This document shows, in pieces, positions 1-13,426 of a stretch of 64,000 bases of DNA. The DNA comes from Octopus bimaculoides (taxonomy: Eukaryota). The position numbers and the translations under genes are program-made. A model generated the notes under the pieces. That model was given only the letters and a program-made list of their open reading frames with translations, made no database searches and was not told the origin of the DNA. Every line of letters starts with the position of its first letter. Within the stretch, counting starts at the first letter, position 1. The stretch lies in assembly GCF_001194135.2 (NCBI RefSeq), contig NC_068989.1, positions 80,976,375 through 81,040,374 on the forward strand, read 5' to 3'.

Positions 1-78
1 TGTCAAGCGGTGATGGAGGAGAGAGACACAGACACAAAGATATACACACACAAATATAGACATAAACACGCACACACA

Positions 79-128
<50 letters not shown>

Positions 129-1275
129 CATACATACATAAATATACATGCGGGCTCTAAACATAACAGACTTTCACTTTTCTGAGCGTCAAATTAATAA
201 TTAATACACCTGCTTGTTGTTCATACACCTGTCTTCATCTTTTGTGTTTCTATAAATTTCAACTATATGACGGGCATCTTTCATTTTCAGTCTACCAAAT
301 CTACTAACCAGGCTTCGGTTGGCCTGAGGTTATAGAAAAAGACACTTACCCAAGGTTCCACACAGTGGAGCTGAACCCGGAGCCATGTTGTTAGTAAGCA
401 AGCTTGTTACCACACAGTCATGACTGCACCTACTGAGTTTTGATTTTCTCACAGAAAAAGCTACTTATGCTGGGCTAGTGTTCTATCCAGAGGGAGGTTT
501 GTCTCATGTTAGCATCAAAACATCATAAAAGCAGGAGATGAGCAGCAGTCCAGTAGTCTGTGAAGTAACCAAAAGACTGTCTAACTGGCACAATGAGTTG
601 GTGTTAACTTCAATGTTACAACAATGAAACACATCCCTACTTTTCAAGACAGGAAAACGCACACACACATCTCCTCCTCCTCCTCCTCCTCTCTCTCACC
701 GCACAGTCATTCCTGCAGCCATAGGCATGCCTTCCCCTGTACCTTCTACATTGAAAAATTAATCAGAAATCTACAGCATTTACAATTTTATTCTGTTAAT
801 GCAGCCAATCTCATAACCGAATCCTATTGGCCCCAAAGGGCAGCACCAAAAACTCTGCCTTCCAATTTTTTTATCAAGGGCAAATCAGTTTAGAGAGGCA
901 CACATGTTTTTCAAGTTATATACAGATGTAATGATTCAATTTGATACTGCAAACTAACAAAACAATGTTGGTTTTTGTGTAGTGGTAGAGTAAGTTGTTG
1001 TTAATCCCTAAGATCTATTTTCAGCTTAGTACACTTGGCAATTTAAATGGTAAGTCTCTTGGCCATGAACACAAATATGTATATATATATCTATATCTAC
1101 CTATCCATATTTGTGTGTCTAAGTGGCCACGTAGTTCAGGTCATGATGTGTATATATAGATATATATATATGTATGTGTATATATATATGTGTGTGAGGG
1201 TGGGGGGTGTATGTATATAAAATACACTGCTTTATTTTCTGCTTGCATTGCCTCCATTCAGATTATTAAATGGTA

Positions 1276-1310
<35 letters not shown>

Positions 1311-2084
1311 NNNNNNNNNNNNNNNNNNNNNNNNNNNNNNNNNNNNNNNNNNNNNNNNNNNNNNNNNNNNNNNNNNNNNNNNNNNNNNNNNNNNNNNNNN
1401 NNNNNNNNNNNNNNNNNNNNNNNNNNNNNNNNNNNNNNNNNNNNNNNNNNNNNNNNNNNNNNNNNNNNNNNNNNNNNNNNNNNNNNNNNNNNNNNNNNNN
1501 NNNNNNNNNNNNNNNNNNNNNNNNNNNNNNNNNNNNNNNNNNNNNNNNNNNNNNNNNNNNNNNNNNNNNNNNGTGTGTGTGTGTGTGTGAGTAAAAATAA
1601 ATACAAAAAAAAGGGTTTTGTATGATCGTGTATAGAGGAATATATTATTTTATTTAAAAGAGTTCCAACACTGTCTGTTTTTTATGTTTTTTATTTATAT
1701 TCTTGTAAAATTTATGTGGGATATAGAATATGGAATATATAATATAAAAAAAGATGGATGGTACAATGAAATGAAGTATTGAATGTCTTATTGAATATAT
1801 GGAATATGTCTTATTGAATATATGAAATATTGAGTGTTCAATATAAAGGATTAAATATATAAAAATATAAAGGCGAATACGTATTTTCTATACCTTGTGG
1901 TATTTCATCATGGCCAGTATATATATATGTATATATATTTTATGTATTTATTTGTGTGTGTGTATACATGTATGGATAAATATGTGTGTGTGTATGCATG
2001 TATGTATGTATGCATGTGTGTATATATACATATGTGTGTGTGTGTGTGTGTGTGTGCGCACGCACGCGCGTGTGTGTATGTACT

Positions 2085-2317
2085 GGCATTTGAGCATGGT
2101 TGATGCCAGTACCCTCTGATTGGCCCTCGGGCTGGTGGCATGTAAAAAGCACCCACTACACTCTTGGAGTGGTTGGCGTTAGGAAGGGCATCCAGCTGTA
2201 GAAGCTCTGCCAGATCAGATTGGAGACTGATGTAGCCTTCTGGCTCACCAGTCCTCAGTCAAACCCTCCAACCTATGCTAGCATGGAAAGCAGATGTTAA
2301 ACGACAACGACGATGAG
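2085..2317 (+). mobile_element. Family B short interspersed repeat, 3' part with (GAT)-type tail
   Basis: aaaagcacccactacactcttggagtggttggcgttaggaagggcatccagctgtag...gttaaacgacaacgacgatga; recurs about ten times in the window. Confidence 0.85.
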
Positions 2318-2550
2318 GATAAACCTCTGTACCTGGCTTTCGTTGACATGGAGAAAGCCTTTGACAGGGTCCCCCGATCCCTTATCTGGTGGTCAATGAG
2401 GAAACTTGGGATAGAAGAATGGCTAGTGAGAGCTGTGCGAGCCATGTACAGAGATGCGGCCAGTAAGGTGAGGGTTGGAAATGAGTACAGCAATGAATTC
2501 CGGGTAGAGGTAGGGGTCCACCAAGGTTCCGTCCTCAGCCCCCTATTATT
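2318..2550 (+). mobile_element. RTE-clade non-LTR retrotransposon, reverse transcriptase fragment (runs into gap)
   Basis: KPLYLAFVDMEKAFDRVPRSLIWWSMRKLG...VGVHQGSVLSPLL contains the RT motifs FVDxEKAFDRVP and GVHQGSVLSPLLF. Confidence 0.92.
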
Positions 2551-3389
2551 NNNNNNNNNNNNNNNNNNNNNNNNNNNNNNNNNNNNNNNNNNNNNNNNNN
2601 NNNNNNNNNNNNNNNNNNNNNNNNNNNNNNNNNNNNNNNNNNNNNNNNNNNNNNNNNNNNNNNNNNNNNNNNNNNNNNNNNNNNNNNNNNNNNNNNNNNN
2701 NNNNNNNNNNNNNNNNNNNNNNNNNNNNNNNNNNNNNNNNNNNNNNNNNNNNNNNNNNNNNNNNNNNNNNNNNNNNNNNNNNNNNNNNNNNNNNNNNNNN
2801 NNNNNNNNNNNNNNNNNNNNNNNNNNNNNNNNNNNNNNNNNNNNNNNNNNNNNNNNNNNNNNNNNNNNNNNNNNNNNNNNNNNNNNNNNNNNNNNNNNNN
2901 NNNNNNNNNNNNNNNNNNNNNNNNNNNNNNNNNNNNNNNNNNNNNNNNNNNNNNNNNNNNNNNNNNNNNNNNNNNNNNNNNNNNNNNNNNNNNNNNNNNN
3001 NNNNNNNNNNNNNNNNNNNNNNNNNNNNNNNNNNNNNNNNNNNNNNNNNNNNNNNNNNNNNNNNNNNNNNNNNNNNNNNNNNNNNNNNNNNNNNNNNNNN
3101 NNNNNNNNNNNNNNNNNNNNNNNNNNNNNNNNNNNNNAGTTAGAATAGAGACAGCTGATGAAGGGATATTCCAAGTGGCTTTCCGTTTTCCTATGTGTTC
3201 GTTCCGTTGTCTGTAGTTCATTGTTCTAACGTCCTGTACCCTGATATGCATATATATACACATGTAGATGTAAGTATGTACATATATGTGTGTATACATG
3301 TATATATATTCTTTGTATTATTACATTATTGAACGCACACGTCCTTTTTTGCAAGTAAGTCTACTTTATATATATATATATATACACAC

Positions 3390-3423
<34 letters not shown>

Positions 3424-4151
3424 GCATTTTCTCACATACACACACACACATACGCATGCATGCACGCACACACACACACACACACATGAATATATGCATA
3501 TGTGTGTATGTATATATTCATATCTGTATACATATTGTGACATACATTGGGAAACTTGTATCAGTTGTTAGTTGCTGAGACTTTGCATCCTTTAAAACCT
3601 CAATGCTTCCTGAAATTTGCCAACAATACACCTGATATCCCTCCCCCTTCCATACACAGGCACACACGTGTATCCTGACTCATACACTATTCACTTTCCT
3701 GACTTTTGTACATAATTCCATGTACTATACATGCACCTTTGATGAGTTGTAGTGCACCTGAGCACTATACACAATAATCTAATTATTAACATTATTCTAA
3801 ACAGTTTGCACACCCACTTTCTAATTTACACTTCTCTTATATTCAGTTTATTTTTGCTTATGAAAATATCCTTTATTTTCCTCCCTTACTCTCACAGGAC
3901 AATAAAGTCTCCTTAACTTCCCTTATGACTCTCATTAAGTATCAATCCAAACATTTAAATCTGAATAATCATTCACTTGGCTATTTTATCCAACTCGATA
4001 ATTATATATATACACACACACACGCATATTTGTTTTAATGTGAAGCTTGCTTGTGCAGGATGGAATTTGATAAGGTTCACTTTCTATGGCTAGATGCCTT
4101 TCCTGTCACCAATCCCTACCTGTTTCCAAGTAAGGTAATATTTCCCATATA

Positions 4152-4560
4152 GGCGCAGGAGTGGCTGTGTGGTAAGTAGCTTGCTTACCAACCACATGGT
4201 TCGGGTTCAGTCCCACTGCGTGGCACCTTGGGAAAGTGTCTTCTACTATAGCCTCGGGCCGACCAAAGCCTTGTGAGTGGATTTGGTAGACGGAAACTGA
4301 AAGAAGCCCGTTGTGTATATGTATATATATATGTATGTGTGTATATATGTTCGTGTGTCTGTGTTTGTCCCCCCAACATCGCTTGACAACCGATGCTGGT
4401 GTGTTTATGTCCCCGTAACTTAGTGGTTCGGCAAAAGAGACCGATAGAATAAGTACTACGCTTACAAAGAATAAGTCCAGGGGTCGATTTGCTCGACTAA
4501 AGGCAGTGCTCCAGCATGGCCGCAGTCAAATGACTGAAACAAGTAAAAGAGTAAAAGAGT
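4152..4560 (+). mobile_element. tRNA-derived SINE, family A, full length
   Basis: Head GGCGCAGGAGTGGCTGTGTGG...GGTTCAGTCCC, central gcaccttgggaaagtgtc block, internal (TA/TG)n, tail AAACAAGTAAAAGAGTAAAAGAGT. More than ten related copies in the window. Confidence 0.9.
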
Positions 4561-6939
4561 AACCAGATACGTTTCCATGGAAAATTGGAAATGAAAGACA
4601 CTACTTATATAAAGGTGGCACTCGTTTACAACTATCACAGACTGTAACACACACAGGAGATACACACACACACACACACACACACATACATATGAAGATG
4701 CATAGCCTAGTGGTTCGGGTGTTGCACTTATGATCTAGCAATCATGGGATCAATTTCTAGACCAAGCAATGTGTTGTGTTCTTGAGCAAAACACTTCATT
4801 TCACATTGCTCCAGATCACTTGCTTGACCATGGTTTACTTTCAGCTTATGCTGAAAGACCACAGCTAACCCACGAACTAACAACACACATATCCTGTGTA
4901 TGTATGTTCAATTTTGTTTATATACTTCAAGCTACTTCTAATTCCTATTTGAATTTTTTCTGTGGTATGAAGCATTGAGACATGCTAGCAGATGGTGTCT
5001 AAACCATTTAGCATGTAGTCATAGTTAGCGATATACCTTGCAGAGGACCTTGTTCAGTATGCGGCATTGATAAGTCAAAACAATGACAAAACATCAATGT
5101 CTGTCGCTCTGAGAAGAGACCTGATGTGAGTTGTCTTGTTTGACAGTGACTTACTTGCAGCTGTTTTTTACACCAGGCACACAGAGAATACATTTTCTTA
5201 CGCCTAAAAACTGCAGCTGACCCATGAACAAACAACACACACTCCTTGTGTATGTGTGTTCAATTTTGTTTATATACCTTGAACTGCTTCTAATCCATAT
5301 ATACATATAAGTTTCTTTCAGTTTCTGTCAACCAAATCCATACAAAAGTCATTAGTCGGCCCAGGGGATAGGGGTTATTGTAGAAGACAATTGCCCAAGG
5401 TGCCACGCAGTGTTACTGAACCTGGAATCAAGTGATTGGGAAGCAAGCTTTTTAGTAACATAGCCTTGATAGTATATAAATATAGGAAGCTCATACATAT
5501 ACATAAATGTATATATATCCCTATATGTATATGTAGACACACACACATTCACACACATTTATGTACGGATATGCATATATATAAGTATATATATATATAA
5601 ATATGTGCACACATATATTTATGCACAAAACATACACAAACATAATTATTTAATTATTTCATACACCTGGTGCTTGTGGGACTTTGGGAAGCACTAACCT
5701 AACTTCTATGCCCAACCCACTCTTACACATTAAATAAATTTACCACAGCCCAAGAGATACTTTTATTTTCATTATAAGCAAAATGGGGGTTGCAAGATAA
5801 TACTGCTCAGTCTGTCTATCTGTCCATCTATCCATCTATCTGTCTGTCTGTCTGTCTATCTATCCACCTGTCCATCCTTCCATCTGTCTATCTCTCTATG
5901 TGTCTGTTTGGCAGTGCCTGTCTGTCTGTTTGTTTCTCTTTCTGCTTATATATCTATCTATCAACCTATTTGTCTCTCAAGTTGTCCACTTGCTTACATG
6001 CCTGTCTGTTTGTGTATCTATCTATCTATCTAGCTCGCAATCTATCCATCTATCTATCTAATTATGCAACATATATATATATATATATATATATANNNNN
6101 NNNNNNNNNNNNNNNNNNNNNNNNNNNNNNNNNNNNNNNNNNNNNNNNNNNNNNNNNNNNNNNNNNNNNNNNNNNNNNNNNNNNNNNNNNNNNNNNNNNN
6201 NNNNNNNNNNNNNNNNNNNNNNNNNNNNNNNNNNNNNNNNNNNNNNNNNNNNNNNNNNNNNNNNNNNATAAGATATACAATCAATTCAAAAATATGTCTG
6301 TGAAAGTTTTGTCAGCAATTGTAATTCTTATACTTATCAGGTATTCTAATAATAGATAAAAGGGTTGTAATTCTTAATAAAAGCAAATAAAAGCACTTCA
6401 TCTTACAGAAGCAAAGCTGTGTGCCAAGATCCTTAAAATTAGCATAGCTCAAAATAGTGAATATATAAATGAGATCAAATCATAGGCAGTAGTAATGGAG
6501 ACTATCTATTTATATATATTGAGTTTGGAGGTGCAGGAGGTGCACCAGACTCCACTCTGGTTTAACATGCTTTCTATGGGTGGATGTCCTTCCTAATGCC
6601 AACCACTCCAAGAGTGTAATGGGTGCTTTTATGTGCCACCAGTACAGGTGCCATTTGCATGACACTGATATCTGCCACAACTGCAGTTTTGTTCAGCTTG
6701 GTTGGTCTTTTTCCGAAGCACAACATAATGCCAAAGGTCTTGGTCATTGCCTCCATGAAGCCAAACACTTGAAAAGAGCTCAACCACTTTCCCTCCGCGA
6801 GGCTCGAAAGGTGCTTTTTACATGCCAATGGCACAGGTGCCAGAGAGTGACACCAGCATCAGCCACAACTACAATTTCACCTGGCTTGAACTGGTCCTCT
6901 CAAGCATGCGTGTGTGTGTGTGTGTGTAATGTCAGTGTG

Positions 6940-7250
6940 CATACACGACAGAGTGTAAGCGCCTTGAGAGAAAAATTCGACTTAAGAAGCATCAGAAGTG
7001 GCGTGCAAGACAGACGACTGTGCTGATGTGGTCATGTGTTGCATATGGATGAGGACAGCTGTGTGAAAACGTGTCACACCCTAGCAGTAGAGGGAACCTG
7101 TGGAAGAGGTAGACCCAGGAAGTCCTGGGATGAGGTGGTGAAGCACGACCTTCGAACGTCAGGCCTCATGGAGGTGATGACAAGTGACCGAGACCTTTGG
7201 AGATATGCTGTGCTTGAGAAGACCTGGCAAGCCGAGACCGTAACTGTAGC
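6940..7250 (+). mobile_element. RTE-clade LINE 3' fragment, degenerate
   Basis: Translates to ...RRLC*CGHVLHMDEDSCVKTCHTLAVEGTCGRGRPRKSWDEVVKHDL...DRDLWRYAV, the typical RTE ORF C-terminus (WxGHV...GxRxRGRPRKTW). Confidence 0.85.
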
Positions 7251-7339
7251 CTATGCCAGTGCAGCATAACCAGCCCATTTAAGAGTACCCTTCAATCATT
7301 GGGCAATAAACTGTGCTTGTGAAAGCCTGTTGAGTCAAG

Positions 7340-7705
7340 TGAAGTCATTGTCATGGCTGATGCCAGCGCCACCTGACTAGCACCTGTGCTGGTGGCACGC
7401 AAAAAGCACTATTTGAGCATGGTCATTGCCAGCGCCACCCAACCGGCTCCCATGCCAGTGGAACATAAAAGGCACCATTCAAGCGTAATCAATGCCAGTA
7501 CCACCTGACTGACCCTTGTGCCAGTGGCACGTAAAAAGCACTCACTACACTCTTGGAATGGCTGGCATTAGGAAGGGCATCCAGCTGTAGAAACCTTGCC
7601 AAATCAGATGGGAGCCTGGTACAGTCTTCTGGTTTGCCAGTCCTCAGACAAATCGTCCAACCCATGCCAACATGGAAAGCAGACGTTAAACGATGATGAT
7701 GATTA
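7340..7705 (+). mobile_element. Family B repeat with reiterated 5' module and (GAT)n tail
   Basis: Three ...tggcac(g)taaaaagcac modules, then the core and gttaaacgatgatgatgat. Confidence 0.85.
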
Positions 7706-8282
7706 TATGTGTGTGTGTATGTGTATGTATATATGTATGTATATATGTATGTATATATATATATATATAGTGCTGGTACCATGGAAAAGCACCCTGTACA
7801 TCAGTACATGCTATAAAATGCACTGAGATACAACTAATTTTTAAAGGGAAAAATGTTGGCAGTTGTGACATTCATGCTTTTCCCATAATATTGAAATGCT
7901 CCTAGGAATGAAGTGAAATACTTTACTGTCTGCTGCAGAGAATAATATTAAAATCCTTGATTTCAGACTTAGTTTAGTCAATGATGTTCATATGCTGATG
8001 TTTGTGTGTGTGTGTGTGTTTACACTAATATTTATTTATTCTATTTATTGACATAAACACAAGTTACATTTAACATGTCATTTTCTCCTGTTGAAGTTCT
8101 TCAGCTGTTCCAACCACCCAATGTATTCCTGTGGCAGAGAGGGGGGGGAAGAGACAGGGGAGNNNNNNNNNNNNNNNNNNNNNNNNNNNNNNNNNNNNNN
8201 NNNNNNNNNNNNNNNNNNNNNNNNNNNNNNNNNNNNNNNNNNNNNNNNNNNNNNNNNNNNNNNNNNNNNNNNNNNNNNNNNN

Positions 8283-8322
<40 letters not shown>

Positions 8323-8479
8323 TAGGACACTTCAAGTTAGCTTACTTAAACATGGATGATTTAATTTTAATTTACCTGAATGCAGACATGGCTAAGTTTC
8401 ATGTAGCAACTACATGATTTCAGGTCCAATCTCACTAAGCAGTACCTTGAGCTAGTCTTTTTACTACGACCTTGGTTTG

Positions 8480-9030
8480 ACGAAAGTTTTGTAAGACAAA
8501 TTTGCTTGAAAACATTAAGTTGGACATAAGAAGTATCAGATGTGGTGTACAAAAGAGTATGCGCTGGTATGGTCATGTGTTGCGTATGAATGAGGACAGC
8601 TGTGTGAAGAAGTGTCATACCCTAACAGTTGCGGGAACCAGTGGAAGAGATAGACCCAGGAAGACGTGAGATAAGGTGGTGAAGCATGACCTTTGAACAT
8701 TGGGCCTCACAGAGGCAATGACAAGCGAATGAGACCTTTGGCGATATGCTGTGCTTGAGAAGACCCGACAAGCCAAGTGAGATTATATTTATGGCCGATA
8801 ACAATGTTGCATAACCGCCCGTTTAAAAGTACCCTTCAATCATCGGGCAATATGCTGTGCTTGAGAAGACCTGTTGAGTTAAGTGAGATCATAGTCGTGG
8901 GCAATGCCAGTACCTTTTGAACGTTGGGCCTCACGGAGGGAATGACATATGGCCAAGACCTTTGGTAATATGGTGTGCTTGAGAAGACCTGTCAAACCAA
9001 GTGAAATCATAGTTGTGGTAGATACTGGTG
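8480..9030 (+). mobile_element. RTE-clade LINE 3' fragment with internally reiterated 3' end
   Basis: Nucleotide similarity to 6940-7250 (ggtatggtcatgtg...gaggacagctgtgtgaagaagtgtcataccct...agacccaggaagacgtg). The atatg(c/g)tgtgcttgagaagacc block recurs three times. Confidence 0.8.
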
Positions 9031-9589
9031 TCATGCAACTGGCACCCATGCCGGTAGCACATAAAAGCACCCATTACGCTCTCAGAGTGATTGGCATGGA
9101 GAAGGGCATCCAGCCACAGAAACCATGTTAAAAAAAAAAGACTGTAATCTGGTGCAGCTCCTCAGCTTACCAGCTCTGGTCAAACTGTCCAACCCATGCC
9201 AGCATGGACAATGGACATTAAATGATGATGATGATGAGGAGGATGATATATACATATATAAGGAATTTTTTTTTATATCTTCTGTTTCAGTATAATAAAT
9301 GCATTGATTTTATAAGTTCAAAGCGAAAGAAAGACATGTGGTATGTATGTAGAGGAAACCTTGACCTATTTTAATGTATTTAATCTGTGTAAATCAATGT
9401 ACAGGTTCTGAATCTCCTCTGAATCAATATAATTATACAATTATACTGAAACGAGGACAGTTGTCTAAGAAAATTGAGTGCTAGGTTGTATGACTTTCTG
9501 TATCCAGTTTTATGTTTTGTCTTCTTTAGTTCGTATTCCGACATAGTTATATAGTTCTTTTGTTTTTTGCCTTTTATCTTTTTTATTTG

Positions 9590-9755
9590 CATCAGTCATT
9601 GGACTGCAGTTGTGCTGGGGCACTAACGCTAGTATACTCCGCAGGATGTGTAATGTAAGTGTATTGAAAGAAAAGCTTGACATAAGAGAAATTAGACACA
9701 ATGAGCAAGAGAGAAAACGGCACTGGTTTGGCCATGTGATGCAGATGGATGCCAA

Positions 9756-9798
<43 letters not shown>

Positions 9799-10240
9799 GT
9801 CATCATCATCATCATCATCATCGTCATCGTCATCATCATCATTATCATCATCATCATCATTTAATGTCTGCTTTCCTCGCTGGCATGGGTTGGACGATTT
9901 GACTGAGGACTGGTGAACTGGATGGCTACACCAGGCTCCAACTGATTTGGCAGTGTTTCTACAGCTGGATGCCCTTCCTAACGCCAACCACTCCAAGAGT
10001 GTAGTGGGTGCTTTTACGTGCCACTGGCATGAAGGCCAGTCAGGCGGTACTGGCAACGGCAACGGCTCCATAAAAAAAAAGTGCCAATCTCTCAAAGTAG
10101 ATGGAACATGTGGAAGTGAGAGACCCAGGAAGACATGGGACGAAGTACAGAAGGACAACCTCAAGACACTGAACCTTTCAAATGAAATGACAAAGGACTG
10201 AAATACATGATGCCTTCCTGTACTCAAGAAGACCCAAACT
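9590..10240 (+). mobile_element. RTE-clade LINE 3' fragment interrupted by an antisense SINE
   Basis: 9590-9756 reads ...RKRHWFGHVMQMDA. After the insert, 10071-10240 continues KKCQSLKVDGTCGSERPRKTWDEVQKDNLK. Confidence 0.8.
9757..10070 (-). mobile_element. Family B repeat, antisense, with an expanded (ATC)n tail of about 35 units
   Basis: Reverse complement of family B. The tail at 9757-9860 explains the poly-Asp, poly-Met and poly-Ile ORFs. Confidence 0.88.
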
Positions 10241-10609
10241 CCACAGTAGAAGTGTTAAGGTCACTCATTCTAGTAAAGAGGATTGGCCTACAAGAGTTCT
10301 GTGCTGGTGCCACATAAAAAGCATTCATTCCGGTGTCACATTAGAAGCAATCATCACATGTCAGATCATGCTACAAACTTCAACCATTCCTTCTAAGCAT
10401 TTTACTTCCTCACCCATTGTACTGCTCCCGCACTGCCCTAACCTTTTCCCAAACTGCTCACACTACCTCCAACTCTACTTGCACCATCTCCCACACTACT
10501 CACACCACCTTGCATTAGTTTCCTCCTCCTCCTCTTCCTATATCAACCTTTCTGTGTCACTCACTCCTTTACCTCTTTTCTTTTCTCATCTGCAATTTTA
10601 TTACCTTGG

Positions 10610-10655
<46 letters not shown>

Positions 10656-10689
10656 GACAGAGAGAGAGAGAGAGAGAACCTTCCTGAGT

Positions 10690-10915
10690 CATATACACTC
10701 CTAGGGCTGGTTTCTCCCGTTCCCATGGTACATATATACTTTCCCTCCACCATCCTGGATGAGACATCACTGTTGCAGGATTACTCATTTTGCCAGCTTG
10801 GACTGGAGCAATATGAAATGAAGTGTTTTGCTCAAGAACACGATGCATTGCCTGGTCCAGGAATCAAAACTACAATCTCACAATCATGAATCCATCACCC
10901 TAACCACTAAGCCTT
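10690..10915 (-). mobile_element. Family C SINE, antisense
   Basis: Reverse complement of 56590-56770. Confidence 0.78.
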
Positions 10916-11326
10916 GTGCTTCCACATTTTCAAACAAAGGACAAAAGCTTGAAATAGGAAATGGTGCCTCTATTTTCTCTGTCTCTCTGTCTGTCTGTCT
11001 CACTCTCCTTTCCTCTCTCAAAAAGACAAGTGTTTAAGTTGCTGGATATTTTCCATTCCTGCTCAACTTCTTTTATGAATTCTCCTATAGATTAACTTAG
11101 TTGGCACAGAACATCACCAGTTTCCAGAAATTCAAGATTTTACCATATTTACAATAAATAGTTACATTGTCGCTCTATCATAACTTGGCCTTTAGCTTCT
11201 CCCTCATTATTCTATGTTCAAATTTTGTGTTAGGTTTGACTCAAGGGAGTTTTTGTGAGAGTGAAGTTAGCAGAATGGTGACCAAAGCAGCAAAACTCTC
11301 TTTCTCTAACTTTCTCTGTTTCTACC

Positions 11327-11406
<80 letters not shown>

Positions 11407-11538
11407 CTGCAGTCGAAACATATGTAGGTCTGATATATGCTGTAGAAAACTTTTAAATAAAGAAGTTTTCAGGTGTGAATAAAACTTCCACTCTCTTCTT
11501 TGTTATCAACATTATATATATATTTGTGTGTGTATGTG

Positions 11539-11572
<34 letters not shown>

Positions 11573-12099
11573 CATATATTGTATATCAAACCCCAGCTGT
11601 TAGATTTAATTTGTTTATCTGCATAATTGCCTCTGTATCTGCTCATCTGGATTCCCTTTATAGCCACTCTTTACCTCACAGAATTGGTCTCTCATAAAGA
11701 CATTGAAGTTTAAGCTCAAATCCTTTGACTGCTGCTAAGTGTTTTCTATACCAAGAACCTCTGGATCTCATCTGTTGACTCTGTATGTGTGTGTGTGTGT
11801 GTGTGTGTGTACGTACAACTGTTAAATTAGTTATGTCCCTTCTTTCGGGAAACTAACTTAGCCGTTTAACAAACAATGGTTTGATAAAATAACCACTGGA
11901 CTGAATGGGTTGGCATGATAGACTACTAACCTTTAATGCAATGCTCCATCATGGCCATAATCCAGCAAGTGGAACTAACAAAAGAATAAAAGAACACAAA
12001 GGTTTGATTGTTACTGAAACCAATATGATATTATTATTATTATTATATTTTTTCATATTCTTGTTTTTAATTTCTTTTTTTTTCTTTTTTTACAGAACA

Positions 12100-12441
12100 A
12101 TGACAGCCAGAGGACTTCATGAGAGTTGTCAAGGACCTTATCCTGGGTTTGATCTCCAGCCAAAGAATGCTCGTCCAATGTCGAATTCAAGGGTCCGTCC
12201 TGAAGCAGAGGAATATGCAACAATGCATAAAGGATCTTTAAATCTCTTTGAGTCTTCTTATTTTACAGGGAATAACGGTAATAATAATGTGAAATCCAGG
12301 TGCCCCTCACAAGCATCCCGAGAAAATTTAGTTTACAGCCGACAAGGATCTGTGAGTAAAATTATTCACTGCCAGGCCACCCCACGTCCTGACACTCCAA
12401 ACCAAACCCGAATCAGACCAGAAGCGTTGTCAATTGCTGAG
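12100..12441 (+). CDS. Unknown repeat-motif protein, probable first coding exon (MTARGLHESCQGPYPGFDLQPKNARPMSNSRVRPEAEEYATMHKGSLNLFE...RIRPEALSIAE)
   Basis: Long T-tract acceptor ttttttacag| at 12096, ATG at 12100 with A at -3, 114 open codons of protein-like composition, donor GAG|gtatgt at 12441. Confidence 0.8.
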
Positions 12442-13084
12442 GTATGTAAACAAAAATGTATGCATGTGCATGTGTGTGTTTTTTCTTTGAGTTTTGCTAA
12501 AGTTCTTCTCAAAAGAGTTCATGCCAGTTGCTAACAAATTGACAAGACTTTTTGGGTTAAGAAAGTTCCTGGTATATGTAAATATGTGGTTGAATTGGCA
12601 TGTTAGCTAAGTTGTTTATACATACACCCATCTTACAAATCTTCATTTTGACACTAATAGATAGGATTTGGAGAATGTGCATCAGTTTTTTCTGCTCTTT
12701 CTGTAAAAAAACATACTATACTCTTTTACTCTTTTACTNNNNNNNNNNNNNNNNNNNNNNNNNNNNNNNNNNNNNNNNNNNNNNNNNNNNNNNNNNNNNN
12801 NNNNNNNNNNNNNNNNNNNNNNNNNNNNNNNNNNNNNNNNNNNNNNNNNNNNNNNNNNNNNNNNNNNNNNNNNNNNNNNNNNNNNNNNNNNNNNNNNNNN
12901 NNNNNNNNNNNNNNNNNNNNNNNNNNNNNNNNNNNNNNNNNNNNNNNNNNNNNNNNNNNNNNNNNNNNNNNNNNNNNNNNNNNNNNNNNNNNNNNNNNNN
13001 NNNNNNNNNNNNNNNNNNNNNNNNNNNNNNNNNNNNNNNNNNNNNNNNNNNATATATATATGTATATATGCATATATATATACG

Positions 13085-13245
13085 ACGGGCTTCTTTCAGT
13101 TTCCGTCTACCAATCCCACTCACAAGGCTTTGGTCGGCCCAAGGCTATAGTAGAAGACACTTGCCCAAGGTGCCATGCAGTGGAACTGAACCCGGAACCA
13201 TGTGGTTCGTAAGCAAGCTACTTACCACACAGTCACTCCTACACC
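13085..13245 (-). mobile_element. Family A SINE, 5' half, antisense, in the intron of the plus-strand gene
   Basis: Reverse complement of the 4152-4320 region. Confidence 0.85.
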
Positions 13246-13395
13246 TATTCCTAGTTTTTATGTAAATTTGTTGGTACATTCCTGAAATGTACCTAGGTAC
13301 AAGTGTACCTTGTAGCTACAAATGAGGATTTACAGTCAGTGTACAAGAGATTTAAATTCTGCTTTAATTCACCACAAATGTTCTCCCTCTTTGTT

Positions 13396-13426
<31 letters not shown>

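Noticed and set aside
9510-10227. Poly-Asp, poly-Met and poly-Ile ORFs
   Set aside because: They are translations of the (ATC)n tail of a family B repeat.
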